Shown: positions 50,894 to 61,903 of the stretch, in pieces
How the letters are laid out: every line of letters starts with the position of its first letter
How positions within the stretch are numbered: position 1 is the stretch's first letter
Source of the DNA: an uncultured Bacteroidales bacterium
GTDB taxonomy: Bacteria; Bacteroidota; Bacteroidia; Bacteroidales; UBA10428
Direction: 5' to 3'
Assembly (NCBI GenBank): GCA_964503885.1
Contig: CAZDCD010000008.1
Span: 82,088-146,087 of the forward strand
Length of the DNA stretch: 64,000 nucleotides
Notes under the pieces: model-generated
Told to the model about the DNA's origin: nothing
Databases searched by the model: none
The model's input: the letters and a program-made list of their open reading frames with translations, nothing else
Made by a program: the position numbers and the translations under genes

Positions 50894-50926
50894 TTATTTA
50901 GATTAATTCTAAATAATGCAAATATA
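50894..50926 (-). promoter_or_regulatory. suf promoter -7 element with an adjacent palindromic operator
   Basis: TTATTTAGA-N5-TCTAAATAA (50894-50916) directly downstream of rc TATATTTGCA (50917-50926). Confidence 0.7.
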
Positions 50927-50987
50927 CAAAAACTATTTCAATTAATCCTGATATTTGTCCGGGCTTTAACAATGATTTACAACCCCG

Positions 50988-52019
50988 ATGGATCCTGCAA
51001 AAGATACTATTTCGAGTATTGGTGAATTTGGTCTGATCCGGAGACTTACTAAGAATATTGTACTCAAAAATAAAAGCTCCGTAACCGGTGCAGGAGACGA
51101 TGCAGCAGTACTTGATTATAAAGGCAGAAGTATTGTGGTGACCACCGATCTGCTGACCGAGGGCATTCATTTCAACCTGGTGTATACGCCGCTGAAACAT
51201 CTGGGCTATAAGGCTGCAGTGGTGAATTTTTCAGATGTTTTTGCCATGAATGCTTTGCCACGACAAATGCTTGTATCTATGGCCCTGTCAGCAAAATTCA
51301 GTATCGGAATGGTCGACGAAATTTATGAGGGATTGCAATTAGCATGTGAAAGGTTTGGTGTGGATCTTATCGGTGGCGATACCACTTCGTCTGTAACCGG
51401 TATGACATTATCCATTACCGCCATTGGAGAATCTGCCGCGGAAGACCTTGTTTACAGGAACGGGGCCCGGATAAACGACCTGATCTGTGTTACGGGTAAT
51501 TTGGGAGCTGCATATATGGGGTTGCAGCTTCTTGAACGTGAACGAAAAATATTCGAGAGCACCGGCAGTCAGCCCGAACTTGCAGGATTTGAATACCTGG
51601 TTGGACGTCAGCTGAAACCCGAACCCCGCGGGGATATCATACAGTATTTCAGGGAACAGAAGATAAAGCCCACCTCAATGATCGATATATCCGACGGATT
51701 ATCTTCCGAACTTCTTCACATCTGTTATAATTCGGGAAAAGGATGTAAAATTTATGCATCAAAAATTCCTGTTGATCCGGAAACTGCGAAACTGGCAGCA
51801 GAACTGCATATAGGTTCCATGGTGGCTGCAATGAATGGAGGGGAAGACTATGAACTTCTTTTCACAGTTTCTTTGGAAGAGTACAAAAGGATTAGTGAAA
51901 AACCGGGAATCAGCATTATAGGGCATGTTGTTGACGAATCCGAAGGAAAACTGCTCATTGATGATGATGGAAAGGCTGTGGAATTGACTGCACAAGGATG
52001 GAATAGTTTTAATGAATAG
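50988..52019 (+). CDS. thiL: Thiamine-monophosphate kinase
   Basis: GEFGLI, GDDAAV, TDLLTEGIHF, NFSDVFAM, GGDTT, IDISDGL, GGEDYELLF. Confidence 0.96.
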   Translation: MDPAKDTISSIGEFGLIRRLTKNIVLKNKSSVTGAGDDAAVLDYKGRSIVVTTDLLTEGIHFNLVYTPLKHLGYKAAVVNFSDVFAMNALPRQMLVSMALSAKFSIGMVDEIYEGLQLACERFGVDLIGGDTTSSVTGMTLSITAIGESAAEDLVYRNGARINDLICVTGNLGAAYMGLQLLERERKIFESTGSQPELAGFEYLVGRQLKPEPRGDIIQYFREQKIKPTSMIDISDGLSSELLHICYNSGKGCKIYASKIPVDPETAKLAAELHIGSMVAAMNGGEDYELLFTVSLEEYKRISEKPGISIIGHVVDESEGKLLIDDDGKAVELTAQGWNSFNE

Positions 52020-52116
52020 CTAAAATTTCCGGTAACTGACCAGAAATAGCAGCGATCTGTTACTTGAGGGCGCCCCCAATACCTTGTAATCCGTGTAATC
52101 CTGGTTTATCGCCGGA

Positions 52117-52908
52117 CTAATCTTCGGTATCATCGAAATAGCCCCGGATGATCCCGCGTTTCGAATTTCTCACAAAAACAATAACTTCATCTCTTTCATC
52201 AGAGGCCGGAAGATTGGCTTCAATAAAATCAGTGGCATCTGAATTGTTCAGTCCCCGCTGATAGATTATCCTGTATAGTTCCTGTATTTCATTGATCTTT
52301 TCGTTGGAGAAATTCCTGCGGCGCAGTCCTATTGAATTTATTCCGGCGAAGGAGAGCGGTTCCCTGCCTGCCTTAATATACGGAGGAACGTCTTTACCCA
52401 CTTTGCTCATGGCCTGAATGAATGCATGGGTTCCAATGTGTACAAACTGGTGTACGCCCGACATCGGGCTGATGGTGGCAAAATCGTCGATAACCACTTC
52501 ACCTGCCAGACCGATACTGTTACCCAGAATAACATTATTACCCACAGTGCAGTCATGCGCCACATGTGCATAAGCCATGATCAGGCAACCTTTCCCGATA
52601 ACTGTTTTACCTTTTGCCACTGTTCCCCTGTTTATTGTTACACATTCACGGATAACACTATGATCTCCGATTTCGGCAGTGGTTTTTTCACCTTTGAATT
52701 TCAGATCCTGTGGTATGCCTGAAATTACCGCACCCGGGAAAATTTTACAATTTTTACCGATACGGGCTCCTTCCATAATGATTACATTCGGACCTATCCA
52801 GGTCCCTTCATCGATCTCCACATCTTTTGCGATGGTTACAAAAGGTTCAATAACTACATTATCAGCAATTACGGCTTCAGGATGTACGTATGATAAAGGT
52901 TGATTCAT
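52117..52908 (-). CDS. lpxA: UDP-N-acetylglucosamine O-acyltransferase
   Basis: Hexapeptide repeats, PQDLKF, RECVTINRGT, HVAHDC, VHQF. Start set at ATG 52908. Confidence 0.96.
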   Translation of the reverse strand: MNQPLSYVHPEAVIADNVVIEPFVTIAKDVEIDEGTWIGPNVIIMEGARIGKNCKIFPGAVISGIPQDLKFKGEKTTAEIGDHSVIRECVTINRGTVAKGKTVIGKGCLIMAYAHVAHDCTVGNNVILGNSIGLAGEVVIDDFATISPMSGVHQFVHIGTHAFIQAMSKVGKDVPPYIKAGREPLSFAGINSIGLRRRNFSNEKINEIQELYRIIYQRGLNNSDATDFIEANLPASDERDEVIVFVRNSKRGIIRGYFDDTED

Positions 52909-52947
52909 ATGTTGCATATTATTATGAAAAATAAAATAAGCAGTAAT

Positions 52948-54360
52948 TTATACGTTGGTTGAGCTGGTTGTTTTATTCGCCAACTGGGCCATGAATTCTC
53001 CTTCAATCACCAGTTTATTTCCGACAAAGCCCTGACCTTTGGTTAGGGCTATTCCTCTTTTTATGGGACCGGTAAGGATCATCCGTATGTTGAGCGTATC
53101 GCCCGGAACTACTTTATGCTTGAATTTTATGTTTTCTATCTTTAGGAAATAGGTCAGGTAGTTTTCGGGGTCGGGAACCTTGCTGGTCAGCAGTACTGCA
53201 CCTACCTGGGCCATCGCCTCGATTTGCAGAACGCCGGGCATAATGGGTTCATCCGGGAAATGCCCGAGAAACTGGGCTTCATTCATGGTCACATTCTTCA
53301 CGCCGCAAACCACCCACTCGTCCATATATGTGATCTTATCAACCATAAGAAAGGGATAACGGTGGGGTATCCGTCGCATGATTTCCCTGAGATCGAACAA
53401 CGGTTCTTTATTCGGATCGTATTCCGGTGGGCTCGGTTTCAGCATTTCCAGTTTCGCTTCTTTCCGGATCATTTTTGCAAATTCGGTATTGGCATAATGG
53501 CCCGGTTTGTTTGCAATGATTTTGCCCTTAAGCCTCATGCCGACAAGTGCCAGGTCGCCGACGATATCGAGCAGTTTATGACGCGCAGGTTCATTGCTGA
53601 AGTAGAGATCGATATTGTTCAGCACTCCTTCAGATTTAACCTTAATCTTGGGCTTATTAAACAGTTCTGCAAGCCTGTCAAGTTCCTCCTGCGATACCTT
53701 TCTGTCCATTATCACAATAGCATTATTCAGATCACCCCCTTTTATGAGGTTATTCTTCAGCAATAATTCGAGTTCGTGCAGGAACACAAAAGTCCTGCAG
53801 GGAGCTATCTGGTCCTTGAATTCCTTCAGATCATTAAGCCTGGCGAACTGATTGTTCAGTACCCTGGAATTAAAATCAATATGGGCATCGATACTGAACA
53901 AATCGTCGGGATAACCCACAACTTCGATACCCTTGGATTTGTCGCGAAAAACCATTTTTTCCTTTATCTGGAAATATTTACGTTCGGCTTTCTGTTCGGT
54001 ATTGCCTGCCTTTTCCAGGGCTTCAACAATGAATTTTGCACTTCCGTCGAGAATCGGTATTTCGGGACCGTTCAGCTCAATCAACGCATTATCGATGTCC
54101 AATGCATACAGTGATGCCAGCAAATGCTCTATGGTGGATATCCTGACATGATTTTCTTCGATGGTGGTTCCTCTATCGGTTGTTACCACATTGTCTGCTA
54201 TTGCCCTTACCAAAGGATGTCCTTCTATATCTGTCCGCTTGAATACATATCCATGATTTACCGGTGCGGGTTCTATTTTTAACTGAACATTTTTCCCGCT
54301 GTGAAGTCCTAATCCACTGAGAGTTATTGATTTTGCAACCGTTCTCTGCTTATCAGTCAT
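52948..54360 (-). CDS. lpxC-fabZ: Bifunctional UDP-3-O-acyl-GlcNAc deacetylase / 3-hydroxyacyl-ACP dehydratase (LpxC-FabZ)
   Basis: GLHSG, TIEHLL, EPARHKLLD (LpxC); PHRYPFLMVD, GHFPDEPIMPGVLQIEAMAQ (FabZ). Confidence 0.97.
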   Translation of the reverse strand: MTDKQRTVAKSITLSGLGLHSGKNVQLKIEPAPVNHGYVFKRTDIEGHPLVRAIADNVVTTDRGTTIEENHVRISTIEHLLASLYALDIDNALIELNGPEIPILDGSAKFIVEALEKAGNTEQKAERKYFQIKEKMVFRDKSKGIEVVGYPDDLFSIDAHIDFNSRVLNNQFARLNDLKEFKDQIAPCRTFVFLHELELLLKNNLIKGGDLNNAIVIMDRKVSQEELDRLAELFNKPKIKVKSEGVLNNIDLYFSNEPARHKLLDIVGDLALVGMRLKGKIIANKPGHYANTEFAKMIRKEAKLEMLKPSPPEYDPNKEPLFDLREIMRRIPHRYPFLMVDKITYMDEWVVCGVKNVTMNEAQFLGHFPDEPIMPGVLQIEAMAQVGAVLLTSKVPDPENYLTYFLKIENIKFKHKVVPGDTLNIRMILTGPIKRGIALTKGQGFVGNKLVIEGEFMAQLANKTTSSTNV

Positions 54361-54430
54361 TGTTCGTTAAAAAATTAATTTTGAGTAATTTAATCGCGAA
54401 AGGTATAAAAAATTACTAAACCGGAAATGA

Positions 54431-55483
54431 TCAAATGTCATTTAACTCGTTTTTCTTTAACTTCTGAATTTCTTTTTCGAGCACGTTAAAGCGTTTGTAA
54501 ATCGACGGCAGTTGCTTTGCAACAGCTATTTCCCGCTTCTTTTCACCCGCATAGTATGCAGGTGATCCCAACACAATGTCTCCTTCCTTTTCAATATTGT
54601 TTGTGACACCTGACTGGGCTCCGACGATCACCTTATCTGCAATTCTCAGGTGTCCTACTATACCGGCCTGGGCTGCAATAATGCAGTTTTTCCCGATTTT
54701 TGTCGATCCTGCAATTCCTGCCTGGGCTATGATCACCGTATTTTCACCTATTTCAACGTTGTGTGCAACCTGGATCAGGTTATCGAGCTTGACTCCCCTG
54801 CCGATAACTGTTGACCCGATTGTAGCCCGGTCTATTGCTACGTTCGCGCCGATTTCCACATCATCCTTGATGATCACATTCCCGATCTGGGGTATTTTTT
54901 TATAATTGCTGCTTTCCTGAGGGGCAAAACCGAAACCGTCGCTGCCGATTACCGTACCGGCATGGATTATACAAGATGAACCTACAATACAATCGTGGTA
55001 GATCTTCACTCCCGGATAAAGTATGGTGTTGTCACCCAGAGATACATTGTCACCCAGATAAACCTGAGGATATATCCTGACATTATTTCCTATCTTAACA
55101 TTTTCTCCCAAGTATGCGAAGGCACCGATATAAATGTTTTCGCCAAGGCGGCATGAACTGCTTACAAACGAAGGGTTGTCGATTCCTGCCTTTTGCGGAA
55201 CAGCCTGGTTGTATAAATCAAGCAAACTGGCGAATGCCTGGTATGCATCATCAACCCTGATGAGTGTCGGAGAAACTTTTTTTTCAAGCTCCATATCTTT
55301 GTTAATCAGCACAATGCTAGCTTCAGTTGTATAGATATATTTGCTGTATTTTGGATTGGCCAGGAAAGACAGCGTTCCTTTCTTACCTTCTTCAATTCGC
55401 GATATATCATATACCTTAACTTCAGGGTCGCCTTCAACCTCACCTTTCAGATAACTGGCTATGGCTTTTGCTGTAAATTCCAT
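54431..55483 (-). CDS. lpxD: UDP-3-O-acylglucosamine N-acyltransferase
   Basis: [40 protein letters not shown]. Confidence 0.97.
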   Translation of the reverse strand: MEFTAKAIASYLKGEVEGDPEVKVYDISRIEEGKKGTLSFLANPKYSKYIYTTEASIVLINKDMELEKKVSPTLIRVDDAYQAFASLLDLYNQAVPQKAGIDNPSFVSSSCRLGENIYIGAFAYLGENVKIGNNVRIYPQVYLGDNVSLGDNTILYPGVKIYHDCIVGSSCIIHAGTVIGSDGFGFAPQESSNYKKIPQIGNVIIKDDVEIGANVAIDRATIGSTVIGRGVKLDNLIQVAHNVEIGENTVIIAQAGIAGSTKIGKNCIIAAQAGIVGHLRIADKVIVGAQSGVTNNIEKEGDIVLGSPAYYAGEKKREIAVAKQLPSIYKRFNVLEKEIQKLKKNELNDI

Positions 55484-55579
55484 ACGAATAGTATTAGTGT
55501 TCTTGACTGGGATTAAATCAGTTTTTCGTTGAATCCGGCATGTAAAAATTTGGGCACAAAACTAATCAAAAAAAATTGG

Positions 55580-56863
55580 TTAGTACATTATGTTACAATT
55601 TTTAGGGTAGCACAGGAAATATTTCTTCTCTGATTTAAACAATACATCCACATTAAAAATATCCGAAGCTCTGGAAATATCTTCAAGTTCACCGGTATTG
55701 TGAAGAATTTTTATGGTGTCGTTCTCTTCGCTATATGCATAATTCAATATAGTGTCTGTAAACACAAGATAATCAATATCTTTCTCTGGCCAATTCAACT
55801 CTTTTCTTACCTGCTCCCGGATCTGCTTTAAGGATTTCTCATAAAAAGGACCTTTCTGTATTTTTATTTTGGGTAAAACCCTGTTGATAAGATTCCCGGC
55901 GAGCATTGACAGGATCCGGTCGTGATGGAGTGACCAGCTTTTTGCCGATACCATGATATCATCGTCGTCCAATGAAATAAACTGTCCAATGATCTCAGAT
56001 GTATTGGTTATCAGGTCATTTTTAGATACCGAATTTTCGAGGAAGTACTGCAATGCATGTGTTGAAAAAAGTTTTTCACCTTCCAGAACAAGTTTTTTGG
56101 CACGCTGCAACAATTTTACCATAAGTATTTCCGCCGCAATGACCGTTTTATGAAAATATACCTGCCAGTACATCAGTCTGCGGGCAATAAGGAATTTCTC
56201 AATGGAGTAGATTCCCTTTGCCTCAACAACAAGCTGATCATCAACAACATTAAGCATTTTTATAATGCGATCGGATCCGATTATACCTTCGGTTACTCCT
56301 GTATAAAAGCTGTCACGGCGCAGATAGTCCATACGGTCCATATCGAGCTGGCTTGATACAAGCTGGTGAAGAAAATTCTTTTTATACTTGTTGTTGAATA
56401 TCTTGATCGCCAGGGTAAGTTTACCGTCATACTCTTTATTCAGCATGTGCATAATGATATCCGACAAGTCTTCATGGCTGAGCTTTTCAATGATGCTTTC
56501 TTCAAGTGCATGGGAAAAGGGTCCGTGCCCGATATCGTGCAGAAGGATAGCAATCAGCGCTGCCTCTGATTCTTCTTCGGTAATTTCCATTCCCTTTAGC
56601 CTTATATCTTGTATTGCAAGGTCCATCAGATGAGCTGCGCCTATAGCATGCTGAAAACGGGTATGCATGGCGCCCGGATATACATAATGGGTTAATCCCA
56701 ACTGCTTGATCCTGCGAAGCCTTTGAAAAACCGGGTGTGCAATAAGATCGTACACCAGCTCTGACGGGATTTTGATAAATCCATATACAGGATCATTTAT
56801 GATTTTCAGTTTACTTTTCACCGGGCTCAATATGCTGAATGTAGAATTATCGATCGGTTTCAA
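55580..56863 (-). CDS. HD-domain phosphohydrolase (dNTPase-like)
   Basis: DPVYG, QRLRRIKQLG, HTRFQH, LLHDIGHGPFSH, DMDRMDYL, VYFHK. TTG start. Confidence 0.9.
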   Translation of the reverse strand: MKPIDNSTFSILSPVKSKLKIINDPVYGFIKIPSELVYDLIAHPVFQRLRRIKQLGLTHYVYPGAMHTRFQHAIGAAHLMDLAIQDIRLKGMEITEEESEAALIAILLHDIGHGPFSHALEESIIEKLSHEDLSDIIMHMLNKEYDGKLTLAIKIFNNKYKKNFLHQLVSSQLDMDRMDYLRRDSFYTGVTEGIIGSDRIIKMLNVVDDQLVVEAKGIYSIEKFLIARRLMYWQVYFHKTVIAAEILMVKLLQRAKKLVLEGEKLFSTHALQYFLENSVSKNDLITNTSEIIGQFISLDDDDIMVSAKSWSLHHDRILSMLAGNLINRVLPKIKIQKGPFYEKSLKQIREQVRKELNWPEKDIDYLVFTDTILNYAYSEENDTIKILHNTGELEDISRASDIFNVDVLFKSEKKYFLCYPKNCNIMY

Positions 56864-56936
56864 GGTGCAAAGTAAAGTACAAAAAAGGGAATTTACTAAC
56901 AGGATGTTAAATTAGCGTATTTTAACCAAAACTTAT

Positions 56937-56967
56937 TTTGTGTTTTAAAGGATTATTTATAGCTTTG
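56937..56967 (+). promoter_or_regulatory. Housekeeping promoter of rimP-nusA-infB
   Basis: TTTG (56937-56940), 19-nt spacer, TAGCTTTG (56960-56967): canonical Bacteroidota -33/-7. Confidence 0.75.
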
Positions 56968-56990
56968 CATTCAAGTATGAACTAAACGTT

Positions 56991-57017
56991 ATAGGGGACA
57001 AAAGTCCCCTATTTTGT
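56991..57017 (+). promoter_or_regulatory. rimP leader hairpin (candidate attenuator)
   Basis: ATAGGGGAC-AAAA-GTCCCCTAT followed by TTTGTT, between the promoter and the start codon. Confidence 0.65.
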
Positions 57018-57031
57018 TACTTGTATGTTCC

Positions 57032-57496
57032 ATGATCACCATTGAAAGATTAAAAAATATTGTAGACGGTGAACTTAAAAAGAAGGATTTACACTGTATT
57101 GACCTGTCGGTAAGCAGAGGAAACAAAATAATGCTATATATCGACAGTTCAAAAGGCGTAACGATTGATGAATGTGCTGAAATAAGCCGGTTTTTAGAAG
57201 ATGAACTCAACAGGGATGAGGAGGACTTCGAACTTGAAGTTTCCTCACCCGGGCTTGACAAACCGTTGAAGCTGCCCTTTCAGTACATGAAGAATATAGG
57301 CAGAAATATCGATGTTGTGATTACGGACGGGCAAAAGATCAGGGGTAAACTTATTGAAGCCGGCGAAAATAAAATAGTTCTGGAGGTAGTAAGGAAAGTA
57401 CACCTGCCAGGTAAAAAGAAAAAAACAGAGACAAAAAAGGAAGTTTCACTTGATTATACATCGATTAAATCGACCAAAGTGATTATAATTTTTTAA
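57032..57496 (+). CDS. rimP: Ribosome maturation factor RimP
   Basis: GVTIDECAEISR, FELEVSSPGLDKPL; upstream of nusA. Start set at ATG 57032. Confidence 0.94.
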   Translation: MITIERLKNIVDGELKKKDLHCIDLSVSRGNKIMLYIDSSKGVTIDECAEISRFLEDELNRDEEDFELEVSSPGLDKPLKLPFQYMKNIGRNIDVVITDGQKIRGKLIEAGENKIVLEVVRKVHLPGKKKKTETKKEVSLDYTSIKSTKVIIIF

Positions 57497-57507
57497 ACAA
57501 GTTAAGA

Positions 57508-58746
57508 ATGGAAAACATTAATCTTATCGAAACATTTTCGGAATTCAAGGAATTAAAGAGCATTGACAGGACCACAATGATGAGTGTTATTGAGGATGTA
57601 TTCAGAAATCTGCTCATCAAAATGTTTGGTACCGATGAAAATTTTGATATCATTATAAATATTGACAAGGGAGATTTTGAGATCTGGAGGAATAGGGAAG
57701 TGGTAGAAGATGGCAACGTTGAGGATCCGAATCTGCAGATTTCACTAACCGAAGCAAAAACCATAGATGAAGATTATGAGGTTGGAGAAGATGTTACTGA
57801 TGAAGTTAAGCTGATCGATTTTGGCAGAAGGGCCATACTGGCACTCCGTCAAAATCTTACCGCACGTATCCTCGACCTTGAAAAAAACAATGTATACCTG
57901 AAATACCGTGACAAGATCGGGGATATCGTTACAGGTGAAGTATACCAGGTATGGAAAAGAGAAATTTTGGTGCTTGATGAGGAAGGCAATGAGCTGATCA
58001 TGCCCAAAACAGACCAGATACCATCGGACTATTTCAGAAAAGGCGATACCATAAGGGCTGTGGTCATCAAAGTGGAAATGAAGAACAATACACCGCTGAT
58101 CATCCTTTCCCGTACTTCGCCGGTCTTCCTCGAACGACTTTTTGAACTGGAAGTGCCCGAAATCTTTGACGGCCTGATAACAATTAAAAGAATTGTGCGG
58201 GTACCGGGTGAACGGGCAAAAGTTGCCGTTGAATCGTATGACGAGCGCATCGACCCGGTAGGAGCATGTGTGGGAATGAAGGGATCACGTATCCATGGTA
58301 TAGTCAGGGAATTGAAGAACGAAAATATTGACGTCATAAATTATACCACAAACCTGCAGTTATACATCACACGTGCATTGAGCCCGGCTAAAATTTCTTC
58401 AATCACCCTCGACCAGGAAAATATGAGGGCCGAAGTATACCTTAAACCGAATGAAGTATCTCTGGCTATTGGTAAAGGTGGATTGAACATAAAACTGGCA
58501 AGTCAGTTAACAGGATATGAAATAGATGTATTCCGTGAAACCGATACGGTAGATGAAGAAGATGTAAGCCTTGAAGAATTTGTTGATGAGATCGACGGAT
58601 GGATCATCGATGAACTGAAGGCAATAGGTTGCGATACTGCCAAAAGTGTTCTTGCATTATCGGTTGATGATCTGGTGAAACGAACTGATCTTGAAGAAGA
58701 AACTATTAAAGAAGTAATTAAAATTTTGCAATCTGAATTTGAATAA
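57508..58746 (+). CDS. nusA: Transcription termination/antitermination protein NusA
   Basis: FGRRAI, S1 domain, RVPGERAKVAV, DPVGACVG, AIGKGGLNIKLA. Confidence 0.98.
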   Translation: MENINLIETFSEFKELKSIDRTTMMSVIEDVFRNLLIKMFGTDENFDIIINIDKGDFEIWRNREVVEDGNVEDPNLQISLTEAKTIDEDYEVGEDVTDEVKLIDFGRRAILALRQNLTARILDLEKNNVYLKYRDKIGDIVTGEVYQVWKREILVLDEEGNELIMPKTDQIPSDYFRKGDTIRAVVIKVEMKNNTPLIILSRTSPVFLERLFELEVPEIFDGLITIKRIVRVPGERAKVAVESYDERIDPVGACVGMKGSRIHGIVRELKNENIDVINYTTNLQLYITRALSPAKISSITLDQENMRAEVYLKPNEVSLAIGKGGLNIKLASQLTGYEIDVFRETDTVDEEDVSLEEFVDEIDGWIIDELKAIGCDTAKSVLALSVDDLVKRTDLEEETIKEVIKILQSEFE

Positions 58747-58808
58747 TATAAGCTAATAATCATATATTAGCCATTTTACAAGGCAAAGAAATAACTTTAA
58801 CGTTAGAT

Positions 58809-61742
58809 ATGTCAGATATTAAAGCTACAAGACTAAGTAAAATTGCGAGGGAATTGAATGTAGGAATTTCAACCATTGTAGATTTTCTGCATAAAAAGGG
58901 ATTTAAGATTGACTCCAATCCTAACACTAAGGTTACACCCGATCAATACGATATACTGTTGCAGGAATTCAGCAATGATCTGAGCGTTAAAAAGGAATCT
59001 GAAAGGCTAAATCTCAGGCATTTACGTGAAAAACTAGAGACGGTTACCATCAATGATATTTCGGAAGAAGCTGAAAGCGACAACCAGGAGTATGATGAGT
59101 TATTGATTAAAGATGCTAATGTAAAATCCACTCCGTTTGAAACAGATACTGAAAAGAAAATTGAAAAGGGAGATAACATCAGGCTAAATATTCTGGGTAA
59201 AATTGAGATTGAAAAACAGGAAAAAAAGGAAGCCGAAGAAAAAGAGCATAAGACAGCAGAAGAAAAAGCCAAAGCCGAAGTAAAACCCGGCAAGAAAACC
59301 CCGGTTGCCAAAGATGAAGACGAGGTTACAGATGTAAAAGACCTTGAGGATATTGAAGAGGAAATTATAGAGGAAGAGGAGGTTATAAGGCCCGATATTA
59401 AAGAAGTGGATGTTAAAGTCGTAGGAAGGATTGACCTGGATTCAATGAATCAGCGTACAAGACCTCCGAGAAAATCGCGTGAAGAAAAAGAAAAAGAAAG
59501 ACAGGCCAGAATTGCAGGCAGGCACAGGGAATCTGGTGAGGCCAGAACAAGGCATGGTGAAGGAACTAATGAAGCATTTGATTCCGAACCGGATGAAGGG
59601 GAGATCATTCCCACCAAATTCCGAAAACTTTCCGGTCCTGTTGTAGTCGGAAAAATGGACCTGCCATTTTCCGAAGACGATGCCGAATCGCTCAGGGGCG
59701 ATAAGAAGAAACGTAAGAGAATCAAGATAGATAAGGAGAGGGTTAAATTCGAAGAGCCAAAAGAAGTACGCAAGACTGATGAATCGAAAACCAAAGCGAC
59801 CGGTAAAAAGAAAAAGCACAGAAAGGGACTTAAATTTGAGATCAGTGAAGATGAAGTCGATAAACAGATCAAAGATACTATGTCGCGTCTTGCTCCCAAA
59901 GGAAAATCCAAAGGTTCAAAATACAGACGGGAAAAACGTGATCTTATAAGTCAGAAACTGCAGGCGGAAGAGCAGAAAAAAATCGATGAAAAAAACATCC
60001 TTAAGGTAACCGAATTTGTATCAGTGAATGAACTGGCTAATATGATGAATGTTCCTGTGAATGAGATAATTGCAACATGCATGAACATTGGTCTTTTCGT
60101 TTCGATCAATCAGCGGCTTGATGCCGAAACCATGGCATTTGTGGCTGATGAGTTCAACTATAAAGTAGAATTTGTAAGTGCCGATCTGCAGGATACTATA
60201 CCCGAAGAAGAAGACGAGGAAGAAAATCTTACACCCAGGCCTCCCATTGTCACTGTAATGGGACATGTCGATCACGGTAAGACAAAATTGCTCGATTATA
60301 TCCGTAAAACGAATGTGATAGCCGGCGAAGCCGGTGGAATTACCCAGCATATAGGTGCTTATGGCGTTGAACTGGCCGGGGGTAAACAAATAACCTTCCT
60401 CGATACTCCGGGGCATGAGGCTTTTACGGCAATGAGGGCCAGGGGTGCCCAGATTACCGATGTGGCCATTATTGTTGTTGCGGCCGATGACGGCGTGATG
60501 CCACAAACGGTTGAAGCTATCAATCACGCACAGGCCGCAGGTGTACCTATGGTTTTTGCGATCAATAAAATCGATAAGCGCGAAGCAAATCCTGAAAAGA
60601 TCAAGGAGTCTTTGGCAAATATGAATATACTGGTTGAAGACTGGGGCGGGAAGTACCAGTCTCAGGAAATTTCAGCAAAAAGCGGTATAAATATTGATGA
60701 ACTGCTTGAAAAAGTACTTCTCGAAGCCGAGTTGCTGGATCTGAAAGCCAATTCCGGTAAAAATGCTGTCGGTACTGTGATTGAATCCTCCCTGGATAAA
60801 GGCAGGGGTTATGTGGCTACGCTGCTTGTTCAGGCAGGCACATTGCATATCAGCGATATTGTGCTTGCGGGTACGCACACTGGCAGGGTGAAAGCGATGT
60901 TCAATGAACGCGGCAAAAAAATAGATGAAGCGGGACCTTCGGCACCGGTGATGCTCCTCGGGCTGGACGGAGCGCCTCAGGCAGGAGATAAGTTTAATGT
61001 GATGGACAATGAGCGCGAAGCCAAAGAAATTGCTGTAAAACGCAATCAGTTGCAGCGTGAACAGGGACTGAGGTCACAAAAACACATCACACTCGATGAA
61101 ATTGGCAGACGTATTGCCATTGGTAACTTCCAGGAACTTGATATCATTGTGAAAGGAGATGTCGATGGATCTGTGGAAGCGTTATCGGATTCCCTGATCA
61201 AACTTTCTACTCCTGAAATTCAGGTAAATATAATTCATAAGGCGGTAGGCCAGATTTCTGAAGGCGATGTTTTGCTGGCTGCAGCTTCGAATGCCATTAT
61301 AGTAGGATTTCAGGTCCGTCCTTCAATGCAGGCGCGCAGGCTTGCTGAAAAAGAAGAGATCGAGATACGTCTTTATTCAGTGATATATGATGCCATAGAA
61401 GAAGTAAGGGCCGCCATGGAGGGAATGCTTTCACCTGAAATCAGGGAAGAAATTGTGTCCACACTTGAAGTGATCGAAACGTTTAAAATTACTAAGGTTG
61501 GTACCATAGCCGGATGTATGGTGAAGGAAGGGAAAATAAAACGCGATACCAAAATCAGGATTATCCGAGAGGGAATTGTGGTATATACCGGCGAACTGGG
61601 ATCTTTAAAACGATTCAAGGACGAAGTAAAGGAAGTTGTAAGCGGACTGGAATGTGGGCTGAACATAGCCAATTTTAACGACCTGAAAGTAGGGGACATC
61701 ATTGAGGGTTATGAAATACGTGAAATCAAGAAAAAACTGTAG
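58809..61742 (+). CDS. infB: Translation initiation factor IF-2
   Basis: [46 protein letters not shown]. Confidence 0.98.
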   Translation: MSDIKATRLSKIARELNVGISTIVDFLHKKGFKIDSNPNTKVTPDQYDILLQEFSNDLSVKKESERLNLRHLREKLETVTINDISEEAESDNQEYDELLIKDANVKSTPFETDTEKKIEKGDNIRLNILGKIEIEKQEKKEAEEKEHKTAEEKAKAEVKPGKKTPVAKDEDEVTDVKDLEDIEEEIIEEEEVIRPDIKEVDVKVVGRIDLDSMNQRTRPPRKSREEKEKERQARIAGRHRESGEARTRHGEGTNEAFDSEPDEGEIIPTKFRKLSGPVVVGKMDLPFSEDDAESLRGDKKKRKRIKIDKERVKFEEPKEVRKTDESKTKATGKKKKHRKGLKFEISEDEVDKQIKDTMSRLAPKGKSKGSKYRREKRDLISQKLQAEEQKKIDEKNILKVTEFVSVNELANMMNVPVNEIIATCMNIGLFVSINQRLDAETMAFVADEFNYKVEFVSADLQDTIPEEEDEEENLTPRPPIVTVMGHVDHGKTKLLDYIRKTNVIAGEAGGITQHIGAYGVELAGGKQITFLDTPGHEAFTAMRARGAQITDVAIIVVAADDGVMPQTVEAINHAQAAGVPMVFAINKIDKREANPEKIKESLANMNILVEDWGGKYQSQEISAKSGINIDELLEKVLLEAELLDLKANSGKNAVGTVIESSLDKGRGYVATLLVQAGTLHISDIVLAGTHTGRVKAMFNERGKKIDEAGPSAPVMLLGLDGAPQAGDKFNVMDNEREAKEIAVKRNQLQREQGLRSQKHITLDEIGRRIAIGNFQELDIIVKGDVDGSVEALSDSLIKLSTPEIQVNIIHKAVGQISEGDVLLAAASNAIIVGFQVRPSMQARRLAEKEEIEIRLYSVIYDAIEEVRAAMEGMLSPEIREEIVSTLEVIETFKITKVGTIAGCMVKEGKIKRDTKIRIIREGIVVYTGELGSLKRFKDEVKEVVSGLECGLNIANFNDLKVGDIIEGYEIREIKKKL

Positions 61743-61903
61743 CCTTCCTCCTCACCACTCCGGCGCAAACTGATAAAGCAACATTCAGGTGCAGTTCATT
61801 TTCTTTCAGGTAATGGTGAAACCTTTTAGTGACCTGCTTGTTTCTGTCAGCTTTGTTAAAAATACTGCATCTCCTGTTCCGGCTTTAAAATTCAGGTACC
61901 GTT

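Noticed and set aside
52948-54360. LpxC-FabZ fusion as a novelty
   Set aside because: Standard architecture in Bacteroidota.
58752-58771. GCTAATA/TATTAGC hairpin between nusA and infB
   Set aside because: AT-rich 7-bp stem with a poor U tract; too weak to call.
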